Assembly (NCBI GenBank): GCA_023262505.1
Contig: JALRAP010000006.1
Span: forward strand, 42-64,041
Direction of reading: 5' to 3'
DNA from: Bacteroidia bacterium
GTDB lineage: Bacteria > Bacteroidota > Bacteroidia > AKYH767-A > OLB10
Length of the DNA: 64,000 nucleotides
In this document: piece after piece, positions 59,727-64,000 of the stretch
Layout of the letters: each line of letters opens with the position of its first letter
Position numbering within the stretch: position 1 is the stretch's first letter
Translations under genes and position numbers: made by a program
Notes under the pieces: model-generated
Told to the model about the DNA's origin: nothing
Databases searched by the model: none
Seen by the model: only the letters and a program-made list of their open reading frames with translations

Positions 59727-62700
59727 ATGCCTATCAAGGGAAACATAAGAAGTCCTTTCATCATTGCAGCTTCATTATTGTGGCTCGCCTGCATGTTTCA
59801 TACCCAAGATGGACCAACACCCATCTGCTCAATCAAGGATTCGTCCGAAGAAGAAGAAAATGAATATAGGATTCCGCTCTGCGATCGTATCGACAAAGCC
59901 GTAGAGCAGGAGTTTGAACTCACCAAGGATCCTGCAACCAATACCGTACCGCGAGAACGTTTGTTGCAGGCCCTGGCTTACGCCGATGCCTTGAGGCGCG
60001 AACCATCTGGCAATCGAGTCGCTGGCGCCATCACTATGAACTGGACGGAACGCGGACCCAACAATGTGGGTGGCCGCACACGGGCCATCATGTTCGAACC
60101 CAACGATCCAACAGGTAATACCGTATGGGCCGCAGGTGTTGGAGGTGGTTTGTGGAAAACCACCAACATTTCAGCAACAACACCAACTTGGGTACCCATC
60201 AACGATTTGTTTGATAACATAGCGATTGTTTGCATGGCATTCAATCCAAGCAACACTAACGAAAGATATTTTGGGACAGGTGAAGGTTACTTCAATGCCG
60301 ACGCCATCCGTGGAAACGGTATATGGAAAAGCACAGATGGAGGCACAAGTTGGACACCTATAGCCTCTACACTTGGCAATGTAAACTTCCGATACGTGCA
60401 AAAAATCGTAGTACATCCCATAAGTGGCCACATCTTTGCCGCAACTCGTGCAGGGTTGCAAAGGAGTACGGACGGTGGTGCCAGTTGGAGTAAGGTTTTG
60501 GGTATATCCACCGGCGCTTCGTTTGATGACATCTGTGATCTGGAACTCACCGCCAATAATGTATTGATTGCCGCAATAGGGCTTTTCAGCACTGACGGCA
60601 TTTATAAATCTTTAACAGGCGCAGCAGGAACGTGGACCAAGTTGAATGCAGCCGGCAGCGGATTTCCCACTACAGGAGTTCAACGCATTAAAATAGCCTG
60701 TGCGCCTTCCAATGCCAATGTGATTTACGCTGTTACGCAAGGTTCGGGCAACGGAGCGGGCGGATTTTATCGCTCACTCGACCAAGGAACCACCTGGACC
60801 ACCCGAACCTTACCTACGGATGCTGACGGAGGAATCGGCGCCGACTTTACCAGGAGTCAAGCTTGGTACGATTTGGCCTTGGCGGTGGATCCGAACAACC
60901 AAGATGTATTGTGCGTGGGCGGTATCGATGTGTTCAAATCGGTGAACGGAGCCAGCACCTGGCAACAGATATCACATTGGTATGGTGGCTTCGGATTCCA
61001 ATACATGCACGCCGACCAACACGCTATCGTATATCAACCCGGAAGTTCATCCAATATATTGTTCGGAAACGATGGTGGAGTGTTCCGTACCACCAATGGC
61101 ACGGCTACCATACCAACGGTTGTATCTAAAAGCGATAATTACAATGTAACGCAGTACTATGCTTGCGCGATGCACCCAACAGCCTACTCCAGTTACTTTT
61201 TGGCAGGCGCACAGGACAATGGCACGCACAAGTTCACCTCGGGAGGCGTAAATTCGATTGTGGAGGCTACAGGTGGCGATGGTTGTTTCACGCACATCGA
61301 CCAAGACCAACCGCAATACCAATTCACCTCGTATGTGTATAACAACTATTACCGGTCGATTGACGGTGGTGCTACGTTTGCGAGCATAACCAATAACAAC
61401 AATGGTTCTTTTGTGAATCCATCAGATTATGACAATGTAGGAAACAACCTCTATGCCGCCAATGGCAACGGAAACTATTACCGCATACTGAACGCGCCCA
61501 CATCGGGCACTTTGCAATCGGTTAATGTAACAGCTTTCAATAGCGGCAGGGTTACCCACGTATCGGTATCGCCCAACACCGCGAATCGCGTATTCTTCGG
61601 CCTCAGCAATGGACGAGTCGTACGTGTGGATAATGCTAATGGCACCAACACCGCTACAAATATCACAGGCACAGGTATGCCTACCGGCTCTGTATCATGC
61701 GTGGCTATCCAAAACGGAAACGACAACCACTTGTTGGCCACTTATTCCAACTATGGTAGCACCAGTGTTTGGGAGACCTTGGATGGCGGAACCAATTGGA
61801 CTTCGGTTGAAGGCAACCTTCCCGACATGCCGGTGCGCTGGGCATTGTTCAATCCAAGCAATGCATCGCAAGCTTTGATCGCTACCGAGTTGGGCGTTTG
61901 GTCAACAGACCTGTTGAGCGGCGCATCAACCGTATGGGGTCCATCCAACAACGGACTAGCCAACACGCGGGTGGATATGTTGCAAATCCGCGCAAGCGAT
62001 AACCTGGTTGCCGCTGCCACACATGGACGCGGATTGTTCACGAGCGATGTTTTTGCAAACGCTTACGCCGATTTCGCCGTTAACCGTAAAGTTATTTACG
62101 GAGGAAAAACCGTTCAGTTTTTTGATGCCAGCTACAAAGCCACTTCGTGGAGCTGGAACTTCGGCGATGGCACGACTTCAACCCAGAAAAATCCTGTTAA
62201 GATGTACTCCGCTGCAGGATTGTACAATGTCACGCTCACGATTAACGGAAACAACACACTCACAAAAACCATCAACGGAATTGTGCAGGTATTACCAAAT
62301 AAGGGTGTACCGTTCCTGATTGCCAACGGTGGAAGCTTTGATCTGGATCCGTTGTCATTCGCATCCGAAACATTTTCGGGAACACCGTTCGAGCGCGGCA
62401 ACTCAGCTGTAGCGGCCAAGAGTGGTGTGCGAAGCGGAACCAGTGCTTGGGTTACGGGCCTCACAGCCACTACATACGCAGACAATTCCGACACACGCTT
62501 GTGGACGCCCAACTTCAACTGCACGCTTCCGGGTACGTATACCCTGAGCTTCTACCGCAAGAACGCTTTTGAGTTGCAATATGACGGCCTCATAGTGGAA
62601 TACACAACCGACCGAGGCGACAACTGGAATCCCTTAGGAAGCACTGTGGCTACCAACTGGTACGATTTTGCCAACACAGCCTCCGCAACTGCTTTCCCCA

Positions 62701-63425
62701 TCAACCAAGCTTATTTCAATGCCAACAAGGCAACCTATTCTTTGTGCAGCTACAATGTATCCTTTTTAGCCGGCAACGCGTCGGTTGGATTCCGGTTGCG
62801 ATTCAAGAGCGACAATACGGCTGGTGCCGCCGGTGTGGCTATTGATGATTTTGAATTAAACGGACCAACCACCACCCCTTTGCCGGTGGAACTGATATCC
62901 TTCACAGGAGAGGCTCGAAACAACAGCAATCTCTTGCGATGGGTTACGCTTTCGGAAACCGACAACGACCGTTTTGAAGTGGAACGTTCAACAGGAGGCG
63001 CTGTATTTGAAAAGGTGGGTGAGGTAAAAGGTCGCGGAAACGCCAACAGCGCTTTCACATACGAATTCAACGATCCGATCGGTCTTGTGCAAAACCTATA
63101 TTACCGTTTACGGCAGATAGATTTCGATGGCGATCAATCATTGTCGAATACCATCCTGATTCGCCGGAACAACCCAACCGCCATCAATATTTTCCCAACG
63201 GCATTCCAAGGCGAAACAACGGTCTCGTTGCCTGTGTCAGGAAACATCCAAGTAGAGCTTTATGACATGTCGGGCAAGCGCGCCGCCTATTTCGAATCAA
63301 CCACCCCCGCGTTGAGTCATCGCATCGAATGGAAAGTACCTAATGGATCCTACCTGGTGCGCATCCGCTGCGGTGAAGAGGTGGTGGTGAAAAGGATTTT
63401 CAAGTCTGGATTTGGTAAGTGGTAG
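59727..63425 (+). CDS. BNR/Asp-box repeat (sortilin/GH74-like beta-propeller) protein with PKD domain and T9SS type-A C-terminal domain
   Basis: Asp-box motifs STDGGTSW, STDGGASW, SLDQGTTW, SIDGGATF and TLDGGTNW. PKD-like WSWNFGDGTTSTQKNPVKMYSAAGLYNVTLT. Tail INIFPTAFQGETTVSLP...GSYLVRIR. Confidence 0.75.
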   Translation: MPIKGNIRSPFIIAASLLWLACMFHTQDGPTPICSIKDSSEEEENEYRIPLCDRIDKAVEQEFELTKDPATNTVPRERLLQALAYADALRREPSGNRVAGAITMNWTERGPNNVGGRTRAIMFEPNDPTGNTVWAAGVGGGLWKTTNISATTPTWVPINDLFDNIAIVCMAFNPSNTNERYFGTGEGYFNADAIRGNGIWKSTDGGTSWTPIASTLGNVNFRYVQKIVVHPISGHIFAATRAGLQRSTDGGASWSKVLGISTGASFDDICDLELTANNVLIAAIGLFSTDGIYKSLTGAAGTWTKLNAAGSGFPTTGVQRIKIACAPSNANVIYAVTQGSGNGAGGFYRSLDQGTTWTTRTLPTDADGGIGADFTRSQAWYDLALAVDPNNQDVLCVGGIDVFKSVNGASTWQQISHWYGGFGFQYMHADQHAIVYQPGSSSNILFGNDGGVFRTTNGTATIPTVVSKSDNYNVTQYYACAMHPTAYSSYFLAGAQDNGTHKFTSGGVNSIVEATGGDGCFTHIDQDQPQYQFTSYVYNNYYRSIDGGATFASITNNNNGSFVNPSDYDNVGNNLYAANGNGNYYRILNAPTSGTLQSVNVTAFNSGRVTHVSVSPNTANRVFFGLSNGRVVRVDNANGTNTATNITGTGMPTGSVSCVAIQNGNDNHLLATYSNYGSTSVWETLDGGTNWTSVEGNLPDMPVRWALFNPSNASQALIATELGVWSTDLLSGASTVWGPSNNGLANTRVDMLQIRASDNLVAAATHGRGLFTSDVFANAYADFAVNRKVIYGGKTVQFFDASYKATSWSWNFGDGTTSTQKNPVKMYSAAGLYNVTLTINGNNTLTKTINGIVQVLPNKGVPFLIANGGSFDLDPLSFASETFSGTPFERGNSAVAAKSGVRSGTSAWVTGLTATTYADNSDTRLWTPNFNCTLPGTYTLSFYRKNAFELQYDGLIVEYTTDRGDNWNPLGSTVATNWYDFANTASATAFPINQAYFNANKATYSLCSYNVSFLAGNASVGFRLRFKSDNTAGAAGVAIDDFELNGPTTTPLPVELISFTGEARNNSNLLRWVTLSETDNDRFEVERSTGGAVFEKVGEVKGRGNANSAFTYEFNDPIGLVQNLYYRLRQIDFDGDQSLSNTILIRRNNPTAINIFPTAFQGETTVSLPVSGNIQVELYDMSGKRAAYFESTTPALSHRIEWKVPNGSYLVRIRCGEEVVVKRIFKSGFGKW

Positions 63426-63872
63426 GTGGTAAGTAGTAGGTAGTAGTTTGAATTAAGCAACAAGGTTGTAAATTTCTTAATCGCATTTGCGTGAAATCAC
63501 TTGGATGGTTACTCGCAAAGTGGCGCAAAGGTTTTCGCAAAGGACAAATAGATTACATAATAGAGTAAAAATTTTTGCGCTCTTGGCGCCTTTTCTTCGC
63601 GTGAAACCAAAACAAAAAAAAGCAACATACAGAGCAATATAAAATCAAATCCATTTAAACCGGAACCACATTTGTTATGGATTTTCAATAAAAACGTTTA
63701 GATAAGGTTTTACAGGATTCAGCATTTTTAATATTTTTGATTAAAACATCTCAAGCAGATTGTTATCACGGAATTTCTAAGCATTTAATCAACTACCTCA
63801 AACTTCTGTTTCAATTGCCGGTGTCGTTGAAACCGTTTTTGATTACTATCAAACAAATCCAATAATATTTTT

Positions 63873-64000
63873 ATGACAAACAAGCTTTTTTATTTCCTAT
63901 GGACGTTGGCAACCATAATTTTTACTTACACCGCGTATGAATGGGGTTATCATAACGGCATAAACGATGGCGAGGAGTTGGGGATAAGCAAACCTCAGGA
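63873..64000 (+). CDS. Start of a small hydrophobic ORF running off the window end (weak)
   Basis: MTNKLFYFLWTLATIIFTYTAYEWGYHNG... Only 42 codons are visible. Confidence 0.25.
   Translation, partial: MTNKLFYFLWTLATIIFTYTAYEWGYHNGINDGEELGISKPQ

Noticed and set aside
59615-59863. 82-aa + ORF spanning the OmpA-gene stop and BNR-gene start
   Set aside because: Out-of-frame overlap with two strong genes. The BNR gene's own signal-peptide start at 59727 explains the region.
1-64000. tRNA, rRNA, IS elements, integrases, phage genes
   Set aside because: I scanned for GTTCGA/T-loop contexts, transposase DDE motifs and recombinase motifs by eye and found none. An explicit tRNAscan/Infernal run would be needed to be certain.

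Overview
This is a 64-kb chromosomal window (~45-48% GC) that reads like a gliding Bacteroidota genome (Cytophagia, Flavobacteriia or Sphingobacteriia type). I found no rRNA, tRNA, CRISPR array, transposase or integrase. Coding density is high and most genes fall into two groups.

**Housekeeping genes.** A rimP-nusA-infB operon, lysS, mnmG, gmk-nadD, rpiB, aat, a beta-class carbonic anhydrase, two M28 peptidases, a photolyase and an MBOAT/SGNH O-acetylation pair.

**Type IX secretion (T9SS) cargo.** Three proteins carry a type-A C-terminal sorting domain:
- a lysyl-oxidase-like protein with a P-domain,
- an M43 metalloprotease,
- a 1232-aa BNR-repeat protein.

Two proteins carry a type-B (CHU_C) sorting domain:
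- a lamin-tail-domain protein,
- an NHL, SprB-repeat and PKD protein.

The second type-B protein is followed 4 bp downstream by a PorP/SprF-OmpA fusion. That fusion has a Pro/Glu/Val-rich linker with a 48-bp tandem repeat and thrombospondin type-3 (TSP3) calcium-binding motifs.

Nothing here matches a known defense or mobile module. The most unusual items are:
- **Orphan vsr.** A very-short-patch-repair endonuclease gene with no adjacent cytosine methyltransferase.
- **LOX-like T9SS protein.** A lysyl-oxidase-like catalytic domain fused to a proprotein-convertase P-domain and a T9SS sorting domain.
- **Photolyase operon.** Two flavin-reductase-like genes tightly packed ahead of a photolyase/cryptochrome gene.
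- **Lone Wzc-like gene.** An isolated Wzc-like copolymerase/BY-kinase homolog with an 860-bp AT-rich leader and no tyrosine tail.
- **Palindrome near mnmG.** A 14-bp palindrome, GTTTCACGTGAAAC, present in three copies bracketing mnmG.
- **LOX-M43 spacer.** A 190-bp spacer densely packed with tandemly duplicated 6-9-mers and GATAGC-arm palindromes.
- **Small-gene island.** A small-gene island (16.4-18.5 kb) with face-to-face intrinsic terminators, one of which has no upstream ORF and may mark an sRNA.
- **Cys-rich/acidic pair.** A Cys-rich plus acidic small-protein pair of unknown function.

All calls come from reading the translated ORFs and the DNA directly. No database searches were possible.
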